The translations under genes and the position numbers were made by a program. Below, piece by piece: positions 1-11,127 of a DNA stretch of 64,000 nucleotides; position 1 is the first letter of the stretch; every line of letters begins with the position of its first letter. Under the pieces are notes generated by a model. It saw nothing but the letters and a program-made list of their open reading frames with translations. It made no database searches and was not told the DNA's origin. Source of the stretch: Klebsormidium nitens (lineage: Eukaryota > Plantae > Klebsormidiophyceae). Location of the stretch: the NCBI GenBank assembly GCA_000708835.1, contig DF237056.1:124001-188000 (forward strand), read 5' to 3'.

Positions 1-1756
1 CGGTCAGCCTGCTCAACCCAGGTCCTGCATGCATCTGATTGTGATCCCTTGCTTGCACTTGGTGGATCCTTCGCTAACTAATTGTCCTCCTCTTACACTT
101 TTCCGACCGCTGTATGCTTTTCACTACCCTTCTTTTCTCAGACTATCCTTCTTCGGTGCATTTTGTTATCAGCCAACACCAAGCAGATTCCTGAAGCATG
201 CTACTAAACGATGGCTCATTATCAGCGTAACCCTCTTTCTCTCCTCTCGAGGATCTCCGCTTAATACTTTGAGGATTGCTGTCGCAACCAGCTTTGCATA
301 GAAGCGCACTGAACCACGTCATCATGGGAAGCACAGACTGCTTATATTGAACCTTTCGGAACCCAACAACAACGTCAGAGCCAGAGTTCCTAGTGTTCAG
401 TGACTCCACCAACTCACCAACAGCAGGACATTATGAGCAGATGGCATGTCATTGTCCAACTCTCAGAGGCAAGGCAATAAAACAAGGCGGGGATCGATGA
501 CGGGAGGCTGCTCCTTTGAGAGTACCACCACCAACCATCTCAAACCTCAAATGCATGTGAGTGATGCACACCAAGGGGTGCAAAAAAAGCTGAAAGAAAA
601 CCGAGCGATATATGGCAGACATGCACGCGTAGAGCTTCAGAGAACGGATTAAACCAATATCATCGCTCCGAAGAGCTCGGCGCCCACTGAGAACCAGCGG
701 GCGGGTTTGTATGTGTATGATCTCATCAGCAGCCAACGAACGTGCAAACGAGGCGCTTGCATTTCCAATTTGCTTGGACAACCCTGGAGAACCCTAAATG
801 CTTGTAACCTGGAAACGTGCTGAAAATCTGGGGATATAAACCAGAGGCAGAGCTTACCGAGCAGAAGGCCAAGATTCTTAAGGCTCCTTATATATTGCAA
901 GTCATTGAGGTAATATAAAAGTTTCGCTCTTTCGCTGTGCTTATGGTTGTGACAAAATCTGCAGCCAGCTTGCTGAGAGAAACATTCCCAAGATAGAACT
1001 ACAAAGTGGAAGCTTCATGCAAGTGTAAGCAGGCCACCTCAAAGGGACAAGCAACTTCTGGTCAAGCAACACATGACCTGGTTAAGCAACTGTGTCTTCA
1101 ACTCCCATCACAGAAGACCAGGAAAAGAATGCTGCACAGCAAGTTTTGCAATTCTGCCCTAATTCATCCCAGAACACAGGTTCTCCTCCAGCAAGAGCTC
1201 TGACAGCAAGAGCTCTGACAGCAATGCAAAGACGGACAGAGAAACCTTGTAAGACCCACAGCAAGCTTCAGCAAGCTTCAGATAGTACCACTGAGGATCT
1301 AAGCATGCTGCTACACTAAAGCAATCGACTGGTAGCTAAAACCAAGCGAACCTAAGAGCTGGTTCCGCAAAAGCAAGCCATCATGCAATTCGCAACAACA
1401 GCGGCACTTAGAAGCATCAAGTTCAACCAAAAACGAACAATTGTGTGTACAAGGTCTTGGCGGCCAAACAGACTTCCTGTCAGTGATAGCTGCATGGCAA
1501 GTGCCTGGGATTCAAACTTCATAGCACAGCAGCCCACCAAAGTGCGTAAATAACCTTCCCAAGATACGGGCCTCCCTCTGACATTGAAAAAGGAACAGCA
1601 TTGCGGTTGGAATGCAGACCAATCTGCTTCATGTGCATGCTGCAAGCGCCATGTTGACCAATCACAACTTGGAACCATTGCCGTTGCAGATCCAAACAGG
1701 TGCTTAGTACTTATTTGCAGAACCAGATGAGCTCAAAAATCAGCCAAAATTCTTAC

Positions 1757-1959
1757 CAGTCCTCCTGCCGGCTTGACGTGTCGACCACAAGTACAGGCAT
1801 GCGCTCCGGCAGCAGATCAGGTGGCAACCTGGTGAGAGGAAGGACTGGGGGAACTTGCTCGGGCCACTGGTCTGACGCAGCCACAGTGATCAGTGAGGTC
1901 TTCCCCGTCTTTGAGTCCCCAACCAGAACCACGCGGACATGGTCCCGCTGCTGCCCCAT
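1757..1959 (-). CDS. MIRO: Mitochondrial Rho GTPase (Miro), first coding exon only
   Basis: ATG at 1959. MGQQRDHVRVVLVGDSKTGKTSLITVAASDQWPEQVPPVLPLTRLPPDLLPERMPVLVVDTSSRQED has a P-loop (GxxxxGKT) and the Miro-typical VPPVLP..LP and VDTSSR motifs. It ends at a TG|gtaaga donor (1756). No downstream exon could be assigned inside the window. Confidence 0.85.
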
Positions 1960-2399
1960 GCTTGATGCTCTCTCGAAGAAACAAAGGCAAACGCTCGGAA
2001 CACCTTCTTAAGCTGTGCAGACCTTGCAGCGTCTACAGCAGGAGGGTAGCCTCTCTCGACGTGTCTAGTGCATCAAAGCCCCCACGTAGCCGCCTCTTCA
2101 AGAAATAGATCCGAGTAGAGCAAGCGCCATTGCAAATCCGCTGAGGGGATGCATGTCAATGTCATTGTCATTTCAGATTTGGCTGTGGTGGCGAAACCCC
2201 AAATTGCTTTGCATCTAGGATGCGACCAAAAAGTGCAAACCGTCACCATTACCGTCTGCTGCGGCCCCAGTGCCCCGGTGCCCGGCGAACCACATCCAAC
2301 AGTAATGACTTGCCAAGAGTCCCCGGGCCAGGATGTCCGCACGGTAATGGTAAGATGTTGAGTTGGGCGGCCGCGATAATACTAATAATACCTTGACTA

Positions 2400-2877
2400 G
2401 GAATACTTGCACCCATTATCGGCCACCTTCAGCTTGACAACAAGTTTTCGATTTCGACTCAAGTTTCAGTATGCATGTGATACATGGATAGAAAGCTTGT
2501 CGAATCCTCTTTCCATCCATATAAAACACTCTTGCACGAAATGACGTCTTCCACATGTTGTATAAGATCACAGATTTTGACCGGATTTTTTACCATGTTC
2601 CTATTATCGGCCACCTGCATAAGCTAGCCAAATGCAGCATACTTGGTCAAATTGAGTCCGGTTTTTAACTGGAGGTAGATCTTGACCCTGCCCTCCTAAG
2701 TACCAAGTTTGGTCGCCAACAAGCAAGATCTTCAACCCTTACTGAAGACCCGTTTCCGCCTGCTAAAGTGGCGAATGTTCGGCCGCGAACCGAGTTTCGA
2801 TCGATCGAGACTCGGTTTCCATACGAGTTCGGGGTGGCCGGAAATAGGAGCTGGCCGATATTGGGTGCAAGTATTCC
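2400..2877. mobile_element. Non-autonomous TIR element (MITE), ~480 bp
   Basis: 26-bp inverted termini with 1 mismatch: GGAATACTTGCACCCATTATCGGCCA (2400-2425) versus the reverse complement of 2852-2877, GGAATACTTGCACCCAATATCGGCCA. Internal copies of the TATCGGCCA motif. No ORF; no clean TSD. Confidence 0.75.
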
Positions 2878-2941
2878 GGTACGGTTGTAGGATAGGTAGT
2901 TGGGTTGATCGGCCAGCCATGCAGCACTCATGACTCTATTC

Positions 2942-3314
2942 CAGTGATCGTGGCGAAAACAAATCCTGAATACACTAATAGGACCTCTCGGACATTAATT
3001 GGCGAAAATGGCACTAAAATTCCAAGCGGCTATTATGGCCGGGCGCCTGTCCCGGGTACTTTATTTCTGTCCCGACCTTATTCTAACCACTTCTCAGAAG
3101 TTCAACCTGACAAAGCACATTCGCAGGCGTTTCGACTGGTTTCAATCAGGGTTGAGAGCTGTCAAAGTCGGTGAAGGCGCCCGAGCGGGTAAAAAGTTGC
3201 CTGGTAGCCTAGGCTTTTTCGCCAGGCCGGCGAAATTCCCTTGCTAGACACTAAATGGCGAAAAGCTGGCGAAAATCAAATTGGCGAAATTAATTAGTTT
3301 CGCCACGAACATTG
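2942..3314. mobile_element. hAT-type MITE, 373 bp, with 8-bp target-site duplication
   Basis: Exact TSD CTCTATTC at 2934-2941 and 3315-3322. Imperfect TIRs CAGTGATCGTGGCGAAA / CAATGTTCGTGGCGAAA. Multiple subterminal GGCGAAA motifs. An 8-bp TSD with CA..TG ends is the established hAT signature. Confidence 0.9.
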
Positions 3315-3540
3315 CTCTATTCCCATGAGGCTGTAGTGCGATCTAGGTAGGTACCTATCTCGGTTGTATAGGGGGCGTGTCTGCATGAGGGGGCGCCTAA
3401 ATCGAGCTACCGCTTCCGTTCGAAGAATGTCCCATCTGGGTATTTAATCGTATAGAAAACTGTAGGCTCGTGGCTTCATCTACCTTCTGTAGCACTCTTT
3501 GTATCCTTTGAAGCTGAGGTTTCCTTCAACACGTTGAAAC

Positions 3541-6500
3541 ATGAGGCACCTTGAGAAGCTGGGACGTCTCGCATTGCGTCATGCCCCTCGAGACGGCGTT
3601 CACGGACCGCAGGCATGTGCTACGCTGCGTGTTGAGTCTTGGGACCAGGCAACAGAGATCAGTGCGGAAGAACTGACGAGTAATCAGTTTGGGCTGCACG
3701 ATTGCCCTGATGAATGTGGAAATGCAGGATATCCAGCGGGTACCTTGCATGATGAATGCTCTACCTCGAGCAGATGCCAAGGTGCTGTTCAAGCCACTCG
3801 CCGAGACGGAGCAACTAATCACCACCATTCATCGCCATCGGTAAACAGCTGCCTTGTAGGTTCGTTGCACCTCCGCCGGCCTCTCCGAAGCCCTTCTATT
3901 CCAGATGGCCATTTGTGGCAACAGACCCCTGCTCGAGGCTTTGCTGCGTCAGCGCTTCCAACAGAGACTATGGAAACGGTTTTTCGAGAGCGGTATGTTC
4001 CTCCGGGCGGTTTCCTAGCGCTCAATAACCTCCGCGACAATCCGGGGGCAAAGAAAGAGGTGAGGAGTTGGAGCAGCGGTGTGCTTCTTGAATCATCTGC
4101 ATAAAGAAATAAAATTTCAATTGTCGTACAAAAATTTGCTTCAAACTTTATGCTCTACGGACACTTTTTAGGTATGCCGTCGCAATTGGATTCGACTGCC
4201 TGCAGGAATGTTTCCAGGAGATGAGCAGTTGTTGGTGTCGTAGGTCTTATATCCTTCATAGAAGGTTCCCTCCACCAATGCTGGTGTCGCTCATTTCTCA
4301 GATCTTGCAAGGTGTGAGCTTCTGAGGTAGATGCTTGTTTCAGCAGACACGAGACAGAAGAAGTTGATGATGGCAAGTCCTTCTCGGCTGAACGTTACTT
4401 GCATGTTGTCCATGCGAACGCCTCTCATCATTTGCCTACAACCACCACTTGTGCTGGCTGTGAAGCACTCACTGATTCTGGCTATCTTTCTATGTGTGCT
4501 GGCAGAAAAAGCGGTTAGGGCGAGGGACGGGGTCAGGCCTGGGGAAAACAAGCGGACGGGGTCACAAAGGCCAGAAGGCACGAGCAGGCAAGGAGCAAGC
4601 CAGAATTCCAACCAGAATGCGACGAATTTTGCCTGTAATCTTTTTGGCTTGGCTGTCTAGCTTTGACAATCTCCGAAACACGAGCGCACATGCCTTGATA
4701 AGGCGAGCGAGAAAGTCTCAAGACTCTATCAGGGCGGAAGTGCAGGTTGCGGTGAGCTTTTGACAATTGGATAAAGTTGGGTCAGTTCGTTACATGTTAT
4801 AACCAGGTCCTTTTGAACAATAAAGCTCATCGTTGAGTTGGACCTCCCTACACTTGCGCTTTGCAATCTCAAAGGTTGCTTCAATCGAATGAAAGCAGAT
4901 CCTGAGGGGGCAATAGGGGCAGTACAGTGGCATCCTCTGGATGCGATCAAGGATAGTATGGAGATGACCAGTACCTGAAACAGGGCTTGAAACCGGTTGA
5001 GAGCCATGTCGGAGCAAGCCTTTCCCTTTTGCCTGCAATTATCTGACTCATTGTCCCGTGCAGGTAGGAAACCACGTGCCGGTTTCGAGGGCGGTCAGAC
5101 CCCCTTGCGGCTGAGCATTCCAAAGAGAGGGTTCCACAATCCGTAAGTGCCCTCCCTCGCTGTTGTCTGCGGCAAGCAGCTCTCTTGCTTCGAATTCTCC
5201 ACAGCTGCTACTAAATCATGGTGTTCTTAGATTAGGATTGAGCGACCCTGAGGGTGCATGATGCTTGCTGCGTCACTTACATTGTTTCAAGTATCCATGC
5301 TTCGTGAGTCTCCCGTTGATGCGGGAGTTTGATGCAGAAGATGTGAAAATGCGAGAAGTGAACGTCCACTACTAGCAGCTCTTTTTACAGCCAACGGTTG
5401 AAGTGACAGAGCGGTATGGGCATGGATGGTGGTTGTAGAGTATCTGTCAGCAACAAAACCGAATATTGAGTCACCATCTTCGACCCTACCTTGTGAAAGA
5501 ACCAGCTTCTTTTTGTCAAGCAGCTGACACACATAGTGGAATGCAAGGCCTGGTGACTGACTGTCATCTTGAATTCAGGTTTTCCTTGGATTTCCAAGTG
5601 CTAAATTTAAACCGGTTGACCGACTACATTGAAAAGGGCAAGATCGACCCCAACAACCTCATCACCATGAAGGTCCGTCAATCTGGTCTGATTATATTAC
5701 CTTTGCGTTCAACGTACCTGCAACCCTTGTCTGAGTGCAGATGCGGATTCTATTCCAAACTTGAGTTGGCTATACGGAATTGCCTGCCTGGAAAGCGCAA
5801 GTTTTTCGTGGTTTTGCAATCGGCCTGCCTGAATCTGAAACCAGATTGAAAACCTCAGGTGTTTGGCGGATGATCCCGTTGCGACTTGGGTGGCCGCATT
5901 TTTCCGTAGAGACATACTCACTGTATTTTCTCCGACCAGACTCTGAAAGATGCGGGTGCGATCGGAAAGGCGATGCGGGACGGCGTAAAATTATTGGGGC
6001 GGGGCAGCGACGAGTTCAAGCACCCCATCAAGATCGAGGTAAGCTTCGAACACTAGTACTTCAAACATTGTGAGTGCTCCGTAGCGCAAGTTTTGATGTC
6101 GTTCTTAATGGGCATCACGCGAGATCAGGTGTAATGTCGTCAAAGGCACGCTTTCAGGCCGTTTGGCACAGTCCTGCCTTGGTGGCAGGAATTTCTGAAT
6201 GGACAGCGTCTGATTACGGGTGAAGGTTAAGTCTACCTCTGTTTGTTTGCCGGAAGGCCCTACAGAATACTTTGGCCCTTCTGAGGTCGAGAGGCGAAAA
6301 GGTCAATACTGCTCCTTCGTCAACAGGTCAAACCTGGTTTCGAAAAGCGCGACCCAGTAACACGTTGTCACATGAATCAGGATTCTTCCGTTTCTTTGGT
6401 GGGCATGGGCGTTGAAATTCTCGCGCAACCTCCCTCTAAGATCGGACACATCCTAGAGCAGGAACTTTGTGGTCCTCACGGCTTGTGCTCGCTCCCGTTT

Positions 6501-7185
6501 GCAGGTGACTCGAGTGTCGGAACAAGCACGGAAGACGATCGAAGCTGCCGGGGGCACAGTTACGACGGTTTATTACAACAAGCTGGGCCTGCGGGCTCTG
6601 TACAAGGTAAGCACTGGGCAGTCTAGCTCTGCCAAGTCAGATCGTCGTACCCAGCAGGCCTGCGTCCGTGCTCTTTCTTCGATCGGTCGGACGCCTTTCT
6701 ATGACGTCACGAAGTAGTTGTAAGCTTTTGGCCTGTGGTGCTGGTGATAAGAACCGGCAGTGTCGCTGGCACGGGGTAGATGTAGGCATTTTGAACCCTT
6801 CTCGAGCTCTGCCGGAGACTGCCGTCAAGCGGACGAGTATGTGAGCAGCTGGACTGGACTCGGGGCAAATGTTTTAGCCTTGGAAACCTGCTGAACTAAT
6901 TTCAAAGTACTGTTTGAGACAGACATTTCGCTTTGATGTAGTGTTCGCTGCTGTGTGAGCAGACTTGCACCACTTCGCGGCCATCCATTATTCACCTTTA
7001 CATCCTGGGGTTTGAAGATTGAACTTGTTGCCCTTGTGCAGCCGGAATGGTTCATCAAGAAGGGCCGAATGATACCAAGGCCAGCACGACCACCTCCAAA
7101 GATGAGAGGCAAGACTGACACGATTGGCCGCCTTCCTGCACCTACCACGCCTTTGGAGCTGGAAGGTGAAGGATCAGTTCCTTGA
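3541..7185 (+). CDS. MRPL15: Mitochondrial 50S ribosomal protein uL15 (7 exons, ~372 aa)
   Basis: Exons 3541-4059, 4506-4587, 5064-5142, 5579-5672, 5940-6038, 6505-6606, 7042-7185 join in frame. Motifs: [54 protein letters not shown]. The C-terminus [20 protein letters not shown]...IGRLPAP is of the plant mitochondrial type. Intron 2 is GC-AG. The start codon is less certain than the rest. Confidence 0.92.
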
Positions 7186-7994
7186 GTTTTGAACGGAAGA
7201 TACGGATTATACTAGGAAGCTTGTGTCGAAGCGGGCTTTCGGTTTCAGCCGCAAAAAGTAGCAAAGAGGAAGTGGTGTCCGCAGTGCTTCAGGGTCCAAA
7301 TCAGGGGGCTAAAACGGGAGTGTACCGGTTTGACTTGTCTGCGCAAATGAGGCTCTTACATTGAATAAGTGCTGCCATTCCTTCCGATACGAAAAGCAAC
7401 TTGGACAGATCAAACTCATTTGTTTAACTGGAAGGTCACCTCCAGACTCTGTGTCCCTTAAGGCCCGTTTGAAGGCTTGTGTATGGGGGTTGACGTTTGC
7501 AATTGGCCCCAGATTCCACCAGCCAGATTGAGATCCTACTATGAGCCGCCCCTGCTAAGGTCTGCAAGGTGTTCAACCAATTTCAAAGATTGAGATACTT
7601 CTGCCACCACACTCACGATTCTCGTAACTTTCTGTCATCTCAACATGTAATGGTCCGTGCAACTAGATTCGACGATGTAGGAGTTGTTCACGACTTGTGC
7701 TTGAAGTTGATTATTGTATCAACTCCATTTATCTTGTCTCATATGGTCAATAGAAGCTATATAGCAAATCCATTTGATGCCGTATGGCGGCCGCCTGCAT
7801 GTCATGCACGTACTTCAATGTAAGGGGCGTGCGTGCATGTAATCAATTCATAACCTGGTGCATGTACCGTCACGTGCAATTGGCGCACGAGAAGTCAAAA
7901 GTACGCTGGAGGGCCCTCGAGTCCCCGGCCCCCTTCCCCTATGAGAATTGCGGGTTCAATCAAACTTGCCTATTTAGAGCTCGAGCTGCTAGAC

Positions 7995-8170
7995 TCAGAA
8001 GCGGCCGCGGCTGAAAGCATGGGCGGGCCGCACCGACCGTCCCGGGCCCGTCCGATCATTCGTACTAATCATTTGCGGCGGCCGCGGCCCCGCCATGGGC
8101 CCGGGCCGCCACGTGGGCGGGGCCGCGCCTGCGGCATGATGATGCCAGTCCCTAGCGCGGCCGCCCTATG
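7995..8170. repeat. GC-rich palindrome island
   Basis: Near-pure G/C tract with three GCGGCCGC sites. It shares GCGGCCGCGGCCCC (8078-8091) with 52957-52970. Confidence 0.5.
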
Positions 8171-8742
8171 TTGGCCGTTGCTATCAATCGGACGGCTCAC
8201 GATGACACCGAAGTTGGAGAGTGTGAATGCGTACTTCATTCTGTTCTCTCCGCGGCCCGGTCGACCTTCTTGCGATCGCAACCGTTGGATGATGATGTTG
8301 TGCGCGGGTGGAAGCCAGTGAACTTGAGCCAAGCAGAGACCGTCCATTCAGCAACTCAGACCGTCGATACTCGAGCTGAAAGCATCGAACGGAACAGATG
8401 AGGCAGTTCTGAAGAGGTTTGAATCTCAGCTTTGCGAGATCGAGCTTCTCATGTTTTTCGCGCTCAAAAAATTGCTCCATCTTCAAGTTCAAACTTCGCC
8501 TTCAAAATCAAGCTGCACAGGAGGGCGCTTGCAAGCTTCATCTCTGTCAAAAACAGAAGAGAGGACGCTAGATGAGCGCCTGTCGTTATCCACTGAACTT
8601 TTGCTAAGAGCAAATCAAGCTAAGAGCAATTGTGATACAGTCAATTCAAAGGGAGCACTTAGAGCCAGCATCCATTCCGCCAGAACTATTTTCCAACATA
8701 AAGGAGCGCCCATCTGTCTGTTTGCATTCCTGAGGCCTAAGC

Positions 8743-11127
8743 ATGGTAAGCGTCTTTGCTTTGCTTGCAGTCACAGGGCTTGGCATGGCACTATATAGAT
8801 CCTGACGAGTAGGCTTCTACTGTCCTTTCAACAACGTGGCTTAGGTGCCCTCAATTGGGACTCTTCAGGTCTTTTGCCTAGTCCATTTGCATCGCTGTCA
8901 TATTCTGTTCACTCATTCAAGTCTTCACAGTATTGTAAATTGAAGATCACGGCTACTGCTACTCGTAACGGTTGCTGCATCCATTCGTCACAAGTTGAGG
9001 TGCCGCATCCACAGAGATGCTTCTGACTGGTCAGAAGACAGAAGCAGCAAGCAGTTGATATCGAGGATTTGTCTGCGGTACTTCTGTGCATAGTATTGCT
9101 CACGCCCTTTCGTAAACAGACGCTCCTAGTGTCTGGATGCATTGGGTTGTTCGTTCCTCTTGCTTGCAGTCGATTGCAGTGCGGCTTTGATTAGCATATC
9201 GCTAGTCTTTTAGAAGAAGGTAACTCCAACTGAAGGTGCATTGCGAGTAGTGAATAGCTGCTGAGAATGGACAGCCAGGGGGAGCCTGATTGGCTAAAAG
9301 CACTTATCCAATGGAGAATGCTCCTCAATAATACCGCAAATAATCTGCAGCTTAGTGGCGCAGGAATGACAGGTGCTATTTCAAAATTGACTGCTCAATC
9401 TGCTGTGTCTGCCTGCTTCAAGCTGCACATGACCATAATCAACGTCTTCCCTACTTTCTGCACCTTATAGCTCGTGAGCATGTTAGCTCACCTCTTATCG
9501 AGATGGTTACCTCACCTCTCTATATAGCAAGAGATGAGCTAACCATCTCATGGGCTCAATAGTATTCAGCAGGAGGATGGTGATCTACTTTTAAGCAACA
9601 TTTTTTTATTCTTGTGCATCCAACTGCTTCAGTCAAAGCATTTTGCTAGTCACCTTTGATGGATTCTACACTGGCTTACAAGCAGGGGCTCTTCATCATT
9701 TTACCGGGGTTACCAAAGCTCAGTTGCTAGACAGCGCTCCTAAGATTGGCACCGTAATCTTCAGACCTGGGTTGCTATCTGACCATATTTACCATATTGT
9801 GCAGTCGGGTAAAGGAGCAAAGGGTCTGTTGACCGGTGGCAAGCCAGGAGCAGACGACAAGTCAAAGGATAAGAAGAAGCCGCAGTCCCGTTCCTCAAAA
9901 GCAGGGCTGCAGGTGAGCTGTTTGCGGGCTTTGACTTTTGAGATAGCATCCACAAAAGCAAACACCATGCAAACACCAGCCTCATTTCAAACTGAAGAAT
10001 TCTGTTTATTTCATTCCCAACCATGAGAGCATCAGTCAGAAGAGAGGTAAATAAGCAACATGATTACATCAACGGCTTGGTCATGCAGTCACTGTGCCAG
10101 ATTTACCGCCCAGGATGTTGCCCGGGGAAAGCGCATTTTCAAGATCGCTCTCAGAGTTGCCCTGTTAAATTCTGTTTGGCATGGTCTGCTTATTCTGCTT
10201 TCCTCTTAGGAACATCTTATGGACACTGGTTGTACTTGAGTTCTCAACACCCTTTCTATTGGAGTGAGCAGCCTCGTTGAGCTGGTTTCAGAGTAGTTGT
10301 CTGTGCTCTCAAGCTGTAGAAGTAGTATGGATCTTTTGGAATTTTCCTGTCTGCCCTTGGAGTCCGTCCGCACCTGATGGTGCATATACACCGCTCCAGA
10401 AACTACAGCAAGTTTTTTAACAGGATGCGAGTCTTGTCTTCATGAGTACGTCAGCTGGAATACCTGTCTCTTCTGACAGTTCCCGGTTGGAAGGATCCAC
10501 AGACTACTGAAGAGCAGAGTGTCGGCAAATGGCCGTGTGGGTGCCACGGCAGCGGTCTACAGCGCTGCTATTCTGGAATATCTGACGGCTGAGGTGCTCG
10601 AGCTGGCTGGGAACGCATCCAAGGATCTCAAGGTATGCTAAGCATCGAACCAGTCTCTCGTCTAGCTGGCAGTATCAGCTGCTTGTGTGGCCTCGTAGTG
10701 ATGCTTGCAAGGTTGTCAGTCCGTCACTACTGTCCTTGACTGTATCCTTCTGCATTCATATGTTATGTGCTTGCGGCCTCGGCAGTATTTCCCTTAACTA
10801 GCAATAGGGTAAAGTATCGCACTCCAATCCAATGTTGATGACCCAAAGAATATTATTCTGTCTCTTCAGTGCTTTCTCTAGTGTTGATCTGGTGTTGATC
10901 TCAGCAGTTATTTGATTTGCACTCTTCTCCATCCTCCTGAAGAAAGCTACGCTGATGTGGTCTTCTTGCCTCCCCTACAGGTGAAGCGTATCACGCCCCG
11001 GCATTTGCAGCTGGCCATCAGAGGAGACGAGGAGCTGGACACGCTCATCAAGGGGACCATTGCAGGGGGTGGTGTCATTCCTCACATTCACAAGTCCCTC
11101 ATCAACAAATCCAACAAGAAGGAGTAG
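8743..11127 (+). CDS. H2A.Z: Histone variant H2A.Z (~136 aa)
   Basis: Exons 9805-9912 ([15 protein letters not shown]...SRSSKAGLQ), 10480-10632 ([51 protein letters not shown]) and 10981-11127 ([40 protein letters not shown]). The Met must come from an upstream exon; the best candidate is ATG|gtaagc at 8743-8745 (inferred). Confidence 0.95.
9500..9549. repeat. Intronic fold-back (21-bp stem, 8-nt loop)
   Basis: GAGATGGTTACCTCACCTCTC (9500-9520) pairs 18/21 with AAGAGATGAGCTAACCATCTC (9529-9549). A partial extra arm copy lies at 9482-9496. Confidence 0.6.

Noticed and set aside
808-916. Short plus-strand frame PGNVLKIWGYKPEAELTEQKAKILKAPYILQVIE
   Set aside because: Bounded by stops, with no acceptor and no recognisable homology.
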